Assembly (NCBI GenBank): GCA_963765675.1
Contig: CAVXXK010000001.1
Span: 1,824,001-1,888,000, forward strand
DNA from: an uncultured delta proteobacterium
GTDB lineage: Bacteria; Desulfobacterota; Binatia; Binatales; Binataceae
Length of the DNA stretch: 64,000 nt
Direction of reading: 5' to 3'
Made by a program: the position numbers and the translations under genes. Every line of letters starts with the position of its first letter. The first letter of the stretch is position 1. The notes under the pieces were generated by a model. It worked only from the letters and a program-made list of their open reading frames with translations. It was not told where the DNA came from and made no database searches. Shown here piece by piece: positions 38,826 to 48,650 of this stretch.

Positions 38826-40417
38826 CCGCAATCCTGGGATTCGTTGTTGGTGGCGCGGTCTTCTTTGTGTGGGGAATGATGCGGCGGCGCACAGACGCCG
38901 TCGATCATGAAGCCGCGCGCGCTCAGGCCGAAGAAATTAGCAAAGAGATAGCCAGGGAGGCTCAAACCAGAAGCGAACTGATCGTCAAAGAGGCCGAAGT
39001 AAAGGCCAAGGATCTGGTCGTCGGCGCGCGCGCCGATGCGGAGCGCGAAGTTCGCGACCGCAGGCGCGAGCTGCAGGCGGCGGAGGCCAAGCACGAGTCG
39101 CGCGAAGAGGCGTTCGAGAAGCGGCAAGAGGCGTTCGAGCGCCGCGAAGCTGACTTGAATCGCCGCGACCAGGCAATCCGCACCCGCGAGAAAAACTTGG
39201 CCGACAAGGAGGCGCAGAACCAGGCGCTGCTCGAGGAGAAGCTCGCGCAGCATCAGGCGCTCATCGACGAGGCCCGCACCAAGCTCGAAGCTGTGGCCGG
39301 CCTCACGCGCGACGAAGCCAAGCGCACCCTGATGGACGAGATGCTTGGGCAGGCGCGCACCGAATCGGCCAAGCATATTCGCGTGATCGAGGAAGAGGCG
39401 CGCGAGGAAGCCGACCGCCGTGCGAAGCGAATAGTGTCGATCGCGATCGAGCGGCTCGCGGGCGAGTTCGTCGCCGAGCGCACCGTGTCGGTGATCGCAC
39501 TCCCGTCGGACGAAATGAAGGGCCGCATCATCGGGCGCGAAGGGCGCAATATCCGCGCAATCGAGGCCGCCACCGGCGTCGATATAATCATCGATGACAC
39601 GCCCGAAGCGGTGGTGATCTCGTGCCACAATCCGATTCGGCGCGAGATCGCGCGGGTCGCGCTCGAGAAGCTCATCTCCGACGGCCGGATTCATCCGGGA
39701 CGGATCGAGGAAGTCGTGCGCAAGGCCGAGCAGGACGTCGAGGAATCGATCCGCGAAGCCGGGCAGCGCGCGATTATCGAAGTCGGAGTGCATGGGATTC
39801 ATCCGGAGCTGGTCAAGCTGCTCGGGATGCTCAAGTACCGGTACTCGTACGCGCAGAACGTGCTGATGCATTCGATCGAGGCGGCGTTTATCTGCGGCGC
39901 GATGGCTGCCGAGCTGGGCCTCAACGAAAAGCAGGCGCGGCGCGCGGCGCTGTTGCATGATATCGGCAAGGCGCTGACGCACGAGGTTGAAGGCTCGCAC
40001 GCGCTTATCGGCGGCGAGCTCGCGCGCAAGTACGGCGAGTCGGCGAAGATCGTTAACGCGATCGCGGCGCATCACGAGGAAGTCAAGGCCGAAACGATTC
40101 TCGCGCCTCTCGTCGACGCGGCAGACGCTTTGTCGGGTGCGCGTCCGGGCGCACGGCGCGAAGTGCTCGAAAGCTACGTCAAGCGGCTCGAGGATCTCGA
40201 GAAGATCGCCAAGTCGTTCAAGGGCGTCGAGAAGTGCTTCGCGGTCCAGGCCGGCCGCGAGATGCGCGTGATCGTCGAGCCCAATCAGATCACGGACGAA
40301 GACACGGTGATGCTCGCGCGCGACGTGGCGCGGAAGATCGAAACCGACATGACCTATCCTGGGCAGATCCGGGTGACCGTCATCAGGGAGACGCGCGCGA
40401 CCGAGCTGGCCAAGTAG
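38813..40417 (+). CDS. rny: Ribonuclease Y
   Basis: N-terminal TM, coiled coil, KH (KGRIIGREGRNIR), HD (LLHDIGK), ADALSGARPGARRE, YPGQI.VTVIRE. Confidence 0.97.
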   Translation: MALITAILGFVVGGAVFFVWGMMRRRTDAVDHEAARAQAEEISKEIAREAQTRSELIVKEAEVKAKDLVVGARADAEREVRDRRRELQAAEAKHESREEAFEKRQEAFERREADLNRRDQAIRTREKNLADKEAQNQALLEEKLAQHQALIDEARTKLEAVAGLTRDEAKRTLMDEMLGQARTESAKHIRVIEEEAREEADRRAKRIVSIAIERLAGEFVAERTVSVIALPSDEMKGRIIGREGRNIRAIEAATGVDIIIDDTPEAVVISCHNPIRREIARVALEKLISDGRIHPGRIEEVVRKAEQDVEESIREAGQRAIIEVGVHGIHPELVKLLGMLKYRYSYAQNVLMHSIEAAFICGAMAAELGLNEKQARRAALLHDIGKALTHEVEGSHALIGGELARKYGESAKIVNAIAAHHEEVKAETILAPLVDAADALSGARPGARREVLESYVKRLEDLEKIAKSFKGVEKCFAVQAGREMRVIVEPNQITDEDTVMLARDVARKIETDMTYPGQIRVTVIRETRATELAK

Positions 40418-40518
40418 CCGCGCGGAAGTAACGCAGCAAATCGCAGGCGCGGCCGCGTAAGTGGCCGCGCCTGCGTGCTTTACGCCCCGCCGCGGCACGC
40501 GATATTATCGCAACGCCG

Positions 40519-41064
40519 ATGCCGACCACACGCGAAGCGCTCGAGGCCACGATCGCGCTCGAAAAGCAGAGCATGTCTTTGTATGCGCTGATGGCGAAGA
40601 TTTTTGCCGGCGACGCGAAGCTGCGCGACTTCTGGTTCGGGATGGCGCGCGATGAGGCGCGCCACGTCGGCGCGCTCGACCTGGTCTCGACCGTGCTCGA
40701 GATCGAGGGCCTGCTCGACAAGCCGAGTCCGATTTCGCTCGAGGACTCGACCATCCTGAAGCTGCGCGAGATGCTCGAGCGGTTTCATCACGAAGCCGGG
40801 CCAGGACTCAAGATTCAGCGCGCGCTCGCGATGGCGCTGGAAGTGGAAGAGACAGAGCTCGAGGATCTGGTCGCCGAGCTGCTGAAGGCGGTGCAGGCGC
40901 CCGACGAATACGAGCGCTGCCTGCGCCTACTGGTGCACGACTTGGGCGAGCTGGGCTTCATGATCGAGCATCACTGCGCCGACGTAGGCCTGCTGAGCCG
41001 CTGCGACGCGCTGTGCAACCGCCACGCCGAGACGCTGCGAACCTCAGCCTCCGGCGGCCGCTAA
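40519..41064 (+). CDS. Ferritin/rubrerythrin-like helical protein
   Basis: IALE.....LY, MARDEARH, ALEVEE pattern. Confidence 0.65.
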   Translation: MPTTREALEATIALEKQSMSLYALMAKIFAGDAKLRDFWFGMARDEARHVGALDLVSTVLEIEGLLDKPSPISLEDSTILKLREMLERFHHEAGPGLKIQRALAMALEVEETELEDLVAELLKAVQAPDEYERCLRLLVHDLGELGFMIEHHCADVGLLSRCDALCNRHAETLRTSASGGR

Positions 41065-41086
41065 GATTCCCTGTCTGATCATGATA

Positions 41087-41321
41087 TGTCCCTCTCCCAG
41101 ATTGGGAGAGGGCAAGCGGCGCGGCGATTGCTCCTTTCGGCAATCGCCGTGACGCGCGGGTGAGGGACCGACAGAATAAAAAATTTTCCAGGCACCGCGA
41201 CCCTCGATTCACACGCTACGTGGTTCAGCGATTGAGGCGAAGAAAGATTCAATGCTGTAGGTCCCTCACCCGCCGCGCGCAGCGCGCGTCACCCTCTTCC
41301 AAACCTATTGGGAGAGGGACA
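41087..41321. repeat. Palindromic element (family E), copy 2
   Basis: tgtccctctccca...tgggagagggaca; shares the ggcgattgct..gcaatcgcc and gcgcgcagcgcgc hairpins with 33516 in reverse orientation. Confidence 0.8.
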
Positions 41322-41397
41322 CAACTGAGCGGCGACGAGCGCGGCTGCATCCGCCAGTGGCGCGGGGGCGGGGGGTTGGATATATTTCGCACAGCGC

Positions 41398-41473
41398 TGA
41401 GGAGTGGCCAAACTGGCAAGGCACCTGACTCTGGATCAGGGGATTGAAGGTTCGAATCCTTCCTCCTCAGCCA
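41398..41473 (+). tRNA. tRNA-Gln (CTG)
   Basis: Cloverleaf TGAGGAG/CTCCTCA; anticodon arm CCTGA-CTCTGGA-TCAGG; TTCGAAT; encoded CCA. Confidence 0.97.
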
Positions 41474-41511
41474 ACCCTCCATCTTCACGATGGAGGCGCG
41501 CATCGATGGAC

Positions 41512-41586
41512 GGTCCCATCGTCTAGTGGTTAGGACACCGGCCTCTCACGTCGGGAACGCGGGTTCGACTCCCGCTGGGATCACCA
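41512..41586 (+). tRNA. tRNA-Glu (CTC)
   Basis: GGTCCCA/TGGGATC; anticodon arm CCGGC-CTCTCAC-GTCGG; TTCGACT; encoded CCA. Confidence 0.97.
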
Positions 41587-41828
41587 GTTCAAAGGCCACG
41601 CTTGAGACGCAAAATCATAAAGCATAAGCGGATGATTGGGCGCGGATCGTCGGCGCGGTCCGCTATTTCAATCCGTTGCCCCGATTTCCCGGCGCGGCTG
41701 CGTGCCGTCTACGGCGACAGAGTTTTCGAGGTCAGTTCGGCACCGCTTTTGGCGCAGCAGCGCGAGCGCTTTTGATCGTGCCGCGACTGTCTGGCGAACC
41801 CGCGCCGGCTGTGGTGTGATCCTTCGTC

Positions 41829-43106
41829 GTGAAACCGTCTGCTCTCCGTAACGCACTGGCGCGTACGCGATCTCACGACGCTACGGAAGCGGCACAAGCA
41901 ACCTCTCAACAGAGCCGGCGATTCGATGATTACTTTTCGATCGTCTCTGCTCTTGCCGCGGTGATTCTTGCTGCGGTCGCGGCTCTTCATATCGTTCAAA
42001 CTCTGCGGCGGTTGTCGGAGCGCTACGCACTGTATGACTTCGCGGGCTATTACCGATGGGGACAGAGCTATCAGAGCGGGATCGAGTGGTGGGCGCGGAC
42101 GCGTTGTAACTACACGCCGTTTTTTGTCGGCGCGTTCGCGCCGCTCGCGCGAATCGACGCGCCGTCGTTGCATCTCGGATGGCAAATTTTCCAGGTCGCA
42201 TGCCTGATCGCTGCGATCATCTTGATTGCGCGCAGTGCCGGAATTTTTTCGGCGAGCGCGATCGTTATCCTCGCCTCGATCGCGGTACTCTCCCGCACCT
42301 GCGACCAGGTGCTGTTTTTCGGCCAGTTCGCACCTCTCCTGCTGGTGCTGATGGTGGGGTCGTGGACGCTCGCGCGGGCGAATCGCGACGCAGGCAGTGC
42401 GCTCCTGCTGGCGATAGCGATTCTGCTGAAACTCTATCCGGGCATCCTGCTCGGCTACTACCTGGTCTGCAGGAAATGGCGGCTCCTGATTTGGACGGGA
42501 GTGTTCCTCGCGGCCGGAATTCTCGCGAGCGGTCTTGTGAATTGGTATGGATTCGTCGTTTACGGGCTGCCGCATTCCAGAGAGATATTGGCGCGAGGAT
42601 TTTGGCGAGACCGCGTTTCTCTTTTCAACCTCGTCTGGGGACTTGAAGCGACGAGTGTGGCTCCTTCGTGGTGGACGGTATTCGCACCGACCGCCGCCGT
42701 CAGCATCGTGTTGGTAATTGCGGCAGCGCTCGAGACCGTTGCAGCGCGAGAGTGGTCGCTCGACGGAATATATTTCAGCCTGTGGCTCGCGCTCGGTCTG
42801 CTGCTCGCGCCAATCGCGTGGCATCACGAGATCGTTATTTTGTTCCCGCTGTATTTCTTTGGAGCGCTGAGCGTCGCGCGGATCGTGCGCGAAGCGGATC
42901 TCACGACTTACGCCCGCGTGGGATTTTTCGTGATTGCGATCGCGATGCTGATTGTCCTGGTTGGACGCGAGTACGCCTCGCTGTTCAAGAATGTGATGCC
43001 CACCTATCTGGTTCCGATCTGCGCTTTTATCGCCGGATTGATTGTCGCCGAAGAGCAGCGCCCGGAGATGCGGCCGGGGATTAGTGGCACAGGCCTTAGC
43101 CTGTGA
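41829..43106 (+). CDS. GT87/DUF2029-like membrane glycosyltransferase (GT-C fold)
   Basis: DF..YY, NYTPF, FGQ, AILLKLYP, PIAWHH; many TMs. Confidence 0.8.
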   Translation: MKPSALRNALARTRSHDATEAAQATSQQSRRFDDYFSIVSALAAVILAAVAALHIVQTLRRLSERYALYDFAGYYRWGQSYQSGIEWWARTRCNYTPFFVGAFAPLARIDAPSLHLGWQIFQVACLIAAIILIARSAGIFSASAIVILASIAVLSRTCDQVLFFGQFAPLLLVLMVGSWTLARANRDAGSALLLAIAILLKLYPGILLGYYLVCRKWRLLIWTGVFLAAGILASGLVNWYGFVVYGLPHSREILARGFWRDRVSLFNLVWGLEATSVAPSWWTVFAPTAAVSIVLVIAAALETVAAREWSLDGIYFSLWLALGLLLAPIAWHHEIVILFPLYFFGALSVARIVREADLTTYARVGFFVIAIAMLIVLVGREYASLFKNVMPTYLVPICAFIAGLIVAEEQRPEMRPGISGTGLSL

Positions 43107-43177
43107 TTCTTTCGCTTCCCGATTGCGGCGCGGTCGGGATAGATTCTGTCGCATCAACAAGTGCCGGGAGGTTCGCG

Positions 43178-43987
43178 ATGCCGAAATTCGTCAAGCTGGA
43201 AACGCCGTCGGAGGGAGTCGCGCTGGTCACGATGACCAATCCCGCGATCAATAATCACGGCTCGTGGATCGCGATCGCGGAACTGGCCGCCTCGATCAAG
43301 CAGGCGCGCGAGGCGGGCGCGCGCGTCGCGGTGCTCGCGTCGGGAGTGCCGGGGCATTGGTTCGAGCACGCATGGCTGCAGGACCTGGCCGACGGAATCG
43401 AGGGCAAGCCGACCACCGCGGAAGGCGCGGCATGGTTTCGCGCGCTGGTAGAAATCGGCAAGACCCACGTGGTCACGATTGCCGCCGTCTCGGGCGATTG
43501 TTCGGGCGGAGGCGCGGAGCTCGGATGGGCCTGCGACATGAGAATCGCCGAGGAGCAGGCGCTGTTTGGGCAGCCGGAGGTGCAGATCGCGCTGACCACG
43601 GGAATCGGCGGGACGAGCAGGCTCGCGCGGCTTATCGGACGTACGGCGACAGCGGAAATGGTGATGCTCGGGCGGCCGATGACGGCGCGGCGAATCTACG
43701 AGCTCGGCGGAATCAACGAAGTGGTTCCGGAGGGCAAGTCGGTCGAGATCGCGCTCGAATGGGCGCGGACGCTGGCCACGCGGCCGGCGAAAGCGCTCGC
43801 GACGCTCAAGCAGATTCTAATCGACAACGATGATCTGAATTTGACCGACGCATTAGCCAACGAGCAGCGCCTGTTCCAAACGGTAGCTACAACTCCCGAA
43901 TCGATCGCCACGATGCGCCAGATCCAAGCCCGCTTCGACCAAGGCGAAAAAATCCGCGACGTCTACGGCCTCCCGCGCAAGGTGTAA
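43178..43987 (+). CDS. Enoyl-CoA hydratase/isomerase family protein
   Basis: IAAVSG.CSGGGAEL..ACD.RIA, FGQPEV, GGT.RL.RLIG; GGAGG RBS. Confidence 0.92.
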   Translation: MPKFVKLETPSEGVALVTMTNPAINNHGSWIAIAELAASIKQAREAGARVAVLASGVPGHWFEHAWLQDLADGIEGKPTTAEGAAWFRALVEIGKTHVVTIAAVSGDCSGGGAELGWACDMRIAEEQALFGQPEVQIALTTGIGGTSRLARLIGRTATAEMVMLGRPMTARRIYELGGINEVVPEGKSVEIALEWARTLATRPAKALATLKQILIDNDDLNLTDALANEQRLFQTVATTPESIATMRQIQARFDQGEKIRDVYGLPRKV

Positions 43988-44623
43988 GAGTGGGGAACGG
44001 CCGCGCCAAAGCACTGCAGCCGGCCAGCGGCGAGATGAGGTTCCAGCTAAAGAAGAATCAGTCCTGCAGTCCAGAGGTCTATTCTGATTGCAAACCATAC
44101 GCGTGTCGTCCGATGCAGACCCATCGTAGAGTCGGGCTCGCGCGACTCCTGTCAAGAAAGGCATTAAACTTCTGCAGCGTAAGAGAAAATTGAATCCTGG
44201 TACTCGAGCACGATAAAAAACCGAGCTAGGGCCCGACCCATTTGCGCAGGGGAAGGGAGTCAGAACCCGAACCGCGATGACAACACCGGTTGCGCGCTGG
44301 GGGCGGGAGCCTTCTGCAGCGGAGGTGTATTAGAAGGCGCACCAGTTGCCCCAACCGGAGATGAGGAGCCTTCGGCCGGTATGACACCGCTCTCTACGCT
44401 GAGAATCTCCACATAGAGCGGGTGGCGTTTGTGCATTAGTTGGCGCGGGATCGGCGGATTTTCCGAGCCACTGAAGAGGTCCTCGAAAAAGTTCACCAGG
44501 CTGAGCCAGCAAGGGAGCAAGGCCTCTGCCAAGGAGAGTTCCGAGACAGGTGCTCTCAATCACCTCTGCGACACAGCGCCCGTGTAATCGCTTCACGGGG
44601 CGTCATTTACTCGGGTAGGGTGT

Positions 44624-44667
44624 GGTTTCCACTCAAATCCTTGACATAAACTGGAAACCTATAATAT
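44624..44667 (+). promoter_or_regulatory. Putative promoter with inverted-repeat operator
   Basis: TTGACA (44641) and TATAAT (44660) only 13 nt apart; GGTTTCCA/TGGAAACC inverted repeat brackets the -35. Confidence 0.35.
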
Positions 44668-44709
44668 TTAACTCAAATCTCAAATTTAACCATCTAAGCG
44701 TGACCAAAC

Positions 44710-45220
44710 ATGAAGGCTTTACGGCTGTTTTCATTAATCGGCACTGTCCTCCTGCTCAGTGGCGCTGCCCTGACGCTAACCTCGTCTTATGCTCGCGCGC
44801 AGGATGGCTCTGTTTTTGATAGCCAGCAGCAGTCGCAGAGCGATATCGGCACATCGCCGGACGCGAAGAAGCCTCCGCTAACGGTCAGCGGAGCCTGGTC
44901 AGGAACGCTCGAAGATAATTTGGCGGGAGCGGGAACCCTGAATGTCGATTTTACTGAAGCTCCGAATGGGCAGCTGAGCGGGAATTGGTCGTTCACGTTC
45001 GAATCGGGAACCGACACAGGCACCATCGTTGGCAAAGCCACCGCAACGAAGGTCAAAATTGCGTTCGTATTCACTCCAAAGGCGCCCTTCATTCATTGCA
45101 AATTCTCGGTGAGCGACGCGCACGCCACCGATACCGAAATAGCCGGAAATTATCATTTCACGGCGATGCGGGCAGCTTACGCATAAGGAGCGCGGCGCCT
45201 TGGAAATCTCGCCGGAGTAG
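44710..45220 (+). CDS. Secreted beta-rich hypothetical protein, probable +1 base near 45165
   Basis: Signal peptide to ARA-Q; SGAWSGT and SGNWS strands. Removing one base gives the C-terminus FTACGQLTHKERGALEISPE* with a second Cys; otherwise it ends at 45186. Confidence 0.65.
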
Positions 45221-45240
45221 CGCGACAGGCGGTCCGACGG

Positions 45241-45465
45241 TCAACTAGCGTCGGGGAGGCTGACGCTGACGCCTCCTCCGTCGGTTACTCGGCTGCCCAC
45301 TTGGGCGGTTGAGGTTCTTATCGACGAACTCACTTTCTGGCCGGTGGTGCGCATGCCGCCAAATGCTGTCACCGCGATCGCGGCGAGCAGCAGGGCGTAC
45401 TCGACCATCGTCTGACCGCGTGCGGCGCCGAGAGCGCTCGCGCGCTTGATTGGATTCGTTGTCAA
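45241..45465 (-). CDS. Flp family type IVb pilin
   Basis: RGQTMVEYALLLAAIAV prepilin motif (G|xxxxEY); GAGGA RBS before TTG at 45465. Confidence 0.8.
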   Translation of the reverse strand: MTTNPIKRASALGAARGQTMVEYALLLAAIAVTAFGGMRTTGQKVSSSIRTSTAQVGSRVTDGGGVSVSLPDAS

Positions 45466-45479
45466 TTGATTCCTCGGGG

Positions 45480-45725
45480 CTATCTGTGGCGCGGACGGCG
45501 AATCGCGCTCAGGATGAAGATCAAATCGGACTTGGTACGGACCGATCCGAGCATCGCGACGCGCGATAGAGCCTCGAGCTCGTGCGGCTGGACGTTGTGG
45601 CGGCGCAGAAGAGCGTGGTCCTCGCAAAACACCTCGAACACCGCGCGCTTGACTGATAGCTGACGCGGTTTCGCGGTTTCTTTGGTCGGCTCGTGGGCGG
45701 TATTTTCGTCCCGATGGGTCGGCAC
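45480..45725 (-). CDS. Small hypothetical protein upstream of the pilin
   Basis: 81-aa ORF, GGAG before GTG, ends 14 nt before the pilin start. Confidence 0.5.
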   Translation of the reverse strand: MPTHRDENTAHEPTKETAKPRQLSVKRAVFEVFCEDHALLRRHNVQPHELEALSRVAMLGSVRTKSDLIFILSAIRRPRHR

Positions 45726-45961
45726 TTTCGGTTACTCCTAAAGACACGCAGGATTACGCGTCCGGTATGGCAGACTCTAACGCAGGGAGCGTGCCAGATC
45801 GGAAAATCAACGAAAATACTGTTCTTTGTTTCAATCATCGGTGCGAGGGTGTCAAATAGTAGCAGTGATTAGGCGGTCTGATGTTTCATCGGAGCGGAAT
45901 AAGTAGAGTCTAATGCAACAAATTTGCATTCCGGGCAATCCAAGGCTGCCGCCCGGCAGCA

Positions 45962-45989
45962 GAAAAAAGGCGGCCCTTTCGGGCCGCCC
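45962..45989 (-). terminator. Rho-independent terminator
   Basis: Minus strand ggcggccc-gaaa-gggccgcc followed by T6. Confidence 0.88.
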
Positions 45990-46012
45990 TGGTTCGCGAT
46001 ACGAGCGCGGGA

Positions 46013-47038
46013 TTATTGCGGATCGGAGAGCTTCAGTAGCTGCTTGCCGAAGTTGGCGCCGGTGAAGAGGCGGATGATGGTCTTGGGCGCGTTCTCGAGA
46101 CCGTGTTGAAGATCGATCTGATTTTTGATCTTGCCGTCGGCATACCACTTCGACAGTTCGGCGATCGCCTGCGGATATTTCTGCGCGAAGTGGAAGACCA
46201 GGAATCCTTCCATCCGGGCGCCGCGGAAGATCAGGTTGAAATAGTTTTTCGGCGGATGCGCCGCGACGCCTTCGGCCTCGTTGTATTGCGAGATCGCGCC
46301 GCACAGCACGACGCGCGCACCGTTGGAGATACGCGCCAGCGCCTGATCGAGGATCTCGCCGCCGACGTTGTCGAAGTAGATGTCGATTCCCTTGGGGCAA
46401 TGCTTCGACAACGCGTCGCCGACTTTTTCGTTCTTGTAGTCAATCGAGGCGTCGAAGCCAGCTTCCTTGGTGAGCCATTCGCACTTGGCGCGTCCGCCCG
46501 CGATTCCGACGACGCGGCATCCCTTGATCTTTGCGATCATCCCGGCGACCGAGCCGGTTGCTCCCGCCGCGCCCGAGACCACGAAGGTCTCGCCGGCCTT
46601 CGGCAATCCTACCAGGAGCGTGCCGAAGTAGGCCGTCAATCCGGTGGTGCCGAGGATCGAGAGCGCAAGGATCGGATCGGTGCCTGCCGGAAGCTTTTGC
46701 ATCCCGAAGATGCCTTCGCCCTCGCTGACCGTGTAGTCCTCCCATCCGAGCAGGCCCTGGATCAGGTCGCCCTTGGCAAAGCCGGGACGTTTGGATTCGA
46801 CGACCTGTCCGACTGCGCCCGCGCGCATCGGCTGTCCGAGCGGGATTGCGGGCATGTACGTGTCCATCGACATCCATCCGCGCTGCGTGGGATCGAAGGA
46901 GAAGGCGAGGTTGCGCACCAGGACCTGGCCGTCTTTGAGCCCGGGGACGGCGGCCTCGTTCCATTTGAAGTCGGTTTCTTTGATTAGGCCCTGCGGGCGC
47001 GACGCGATAAGCCATCTGCGATTTTTCAGTTCCGCCAT
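46013..47038 (-). CDS. NADP-dependent oxidoreductase (CurA/PTGR-like MDR)
   Basis: SFDP.QRGWM, GLTAYFG, VSGAAGATGS, GIAGG, YFDNVGG, CGAISQY, N.GKQLL. Confidence 0.93.
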   Translation of the reverse strand: MAELKNRRWLIASRPQGLIKETDFKWNEAAVPGLKDGQVLVRNLAFSFDPTQRGWMSMDTYMPAIPLGQPMRAGAVGQVVESKRPGFAKGDLIQGLLGWEDYTVSEGEGIFGMQKLPAGTDPILALSILGTTGLTAYFGTLLVGLPKAGETFVVSGAAGATGSVAGMIAKIKGCRVVGIAGGRAKCEWLTKEAGFDASIDYKNEKVGDALSKHCPKGIDIYFDNVGGEILDQALARISNGARVVLCGAISQYNEAEGVAAHPPKNYFNLIFRGARMEGFLVFHFAQKYPQAIAELSKWYADGKIKNQIDLQHGLENAPKTIIRLFTGANFGKQLLKLSDPQ

Positions 47039-47120
47039 GTTGATTTCCTCTGTGATGATAGTGGGCTTGCTTGAGTTCGGCATTTATCCGATAGACAACT
47101 CTCGCACAAGGATTCGCAAT

Positions 47121-47176
47121 CGCTGCACCCCCTCCTTTAATCCTCCCCCGTGAATAAACGGGGGAGGAATCAGACG
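47121..47176. repeat. Short palindromic unit (family F)
   Basis: cgctgcaccccctcctttaatcctccccc-loop-gggggaggaatcagacg; also at 49551 (reverse) and 49797. Confidence 0.8.
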
Positions 47177-47268
47177 GGTCAACTGGGCGGGCGATCCGTG
47201 CTAGGGTTGCGCGGATAATCGCGGCGTGCGGGAATATCCTGCTCGCATCGGAGTATCGAGGAGTCACG

Positions 47269-48109
47269 GTGGCAGTGAAACCAAAGTCGGGCAAAGAGCG
47301 TCCGATCGTACGTAAGCGCGGCGCGGCCGGGAACAAGCCGGCGGATTCGCTGAGCGCGCGCAGAGGCGGGATGGCGGCACGACGACAGGCGGCGGATTCA
47401 TTCGCGATAAAAATCGCGGGGACGCGCACCTATATCGCCTACGCGATTCTGCTCGCGCTGGCGGCGCTGGTGCTCGCGATGCTCTATGCGGCCGCGCCTG
47501 CGCGCGCGCAGTCGGCAGCGCCGGCGCCGGCGGCTGCAGCCCGCCACCGACCCGATGGCGGCGGTCAAGGACGTCGTCAACCAGGCGATCGCGGTGTTCC
47601 GCAATCAGCAGATCTCGCAGACCGACCGGATGACGCAGCTCCGCGCGATCGCGGAGGCGCATATCGATTTCGCGAGCATGGCGCGCTCGTCGGTCGGGTA
47701 CCATTGGCGCACGCTGACGCCCCAGCAGCAGGCGCAATTCGTTCCGCTGTTCACGAAATTTATCGAGGACGTGGTGCTGTCGCGAATCCAGTCGTACTCG
47801 GTGCAGAAAATCCAGTCGCAAATTCAATCGACCACGATCAATTTCACGCGCGAGCTGACCAACGGATCCGACGCGCAGGTTTTCAGCACGGTGGTGGTGC
47901 AGGATCAGCCTAATCCGCTCGCCGTGAATTACATGCTGAGCGAGAATAACGGCCAGTGGATGATTTACGACATCACGGTGGACGCGATCAGCGTAATCGC
48001 GAATTACCGCAATCAGTTCAACCGGGTAATCAACAACGACGGCTACGACAAGCTGGTCAGTATCCTGCAGCAGAAGACCCAGTCGCTCGGCACCACGCTG
48101 GGGCAGTGA
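47269..48109 (+). CDS. MlaC/Ttg2D-family phospholipid-binding periplasmic protein, split by a +1 base near 47541
   Basis: Signal peptide in frame 1; IDFASMARSSVG..WR.LTP.Q..QF, W.IYDI.VD.ISV..NYRNQF in frame 2. Start 47269 or 47371. Confidence 0.85.
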
Positions 48110-48171
48110 GCGAGACTGCGTGAAGGGTCCGCGACGCTGGAAAGGCCGATAACACGAGGGCGGAAGGGGCG

Positions 48172-48537
48172 TTACTTATAGTACGGACCGCCGGTGGTTT
48201 CGGTTCCGGGGTCGAGGAATCTCAACCACGTCGCGATAGTCAGCGCGCGCCGCTTCTCCAGCGCGTCGCGGCATCGTTCCCACATCGGACCTTCGCCGCC
48301 GAGCGCGGCAGGCGTCCGGGTGGCTTTCCAATGCTCGCGGCTGTCGTAGCGGGTCAGCAGAATCACGGTATCGAAGTCCGGCGATCGCGCTTCGTGTTCG
48401 TCTTCGGTGACCAGCCACATCCCGATGATCCGCGCGCCAATTCTTTCGAAGTAGGGCCAAACGCCACGCGCGCTCAGGCGATGAAACTCGGCGAAGGCGC
48501 CCTTCTTGATTTGAAATGTTCGCTGCGTCGTGATCAT
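48172..48537 (-). CDS. NIPSNAP-family protein
   Basis: RTFQIK.G...EF, WP..ERIGARI.G.W, LTRYDS.EHW.ATR. Confidence 0.75.
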   Translation of the reverse strand: MITTQRTFQIKKGAFAEFHRLSARGVWPYFERIGARIIGMWLVTEDEHEARSPDFDTVILLTRYDSREHWKATRTPAALGGEGPMWERCRDALEKRRALTIATWLRFLDPGTETTGGPYYK

Positions 48538-48650
48538 CGGCAGATTACCGCCTGGTCCGGATTGCTTCGTTCGCGACGAAAAGTGTACGTGAACACGCAG
48601 CGGCACTACAATCGGCCATTCGGCGGCGTCGCCGGCCAGGAGCTTGCAAA

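Noticed and set aside
41476-41496. Hairpin cctccatc...gatggagg between the two tRNAs as a terminator or ncRNA
   Set aside because: No U-tract; most likely a tRNA spacer processing structure.
44260-44559. 99-aa minus-strand ORF
   Set aside because: No RBS or motif, atypical codon pattern and low-complexity content; not supportable as a gene.
41398-45900. Integrative element or prophage at tRNA-Glu
   Set aside because: No integrase or phage genes, and I saw no duplicated tRNA 3' end; only compositional hints.
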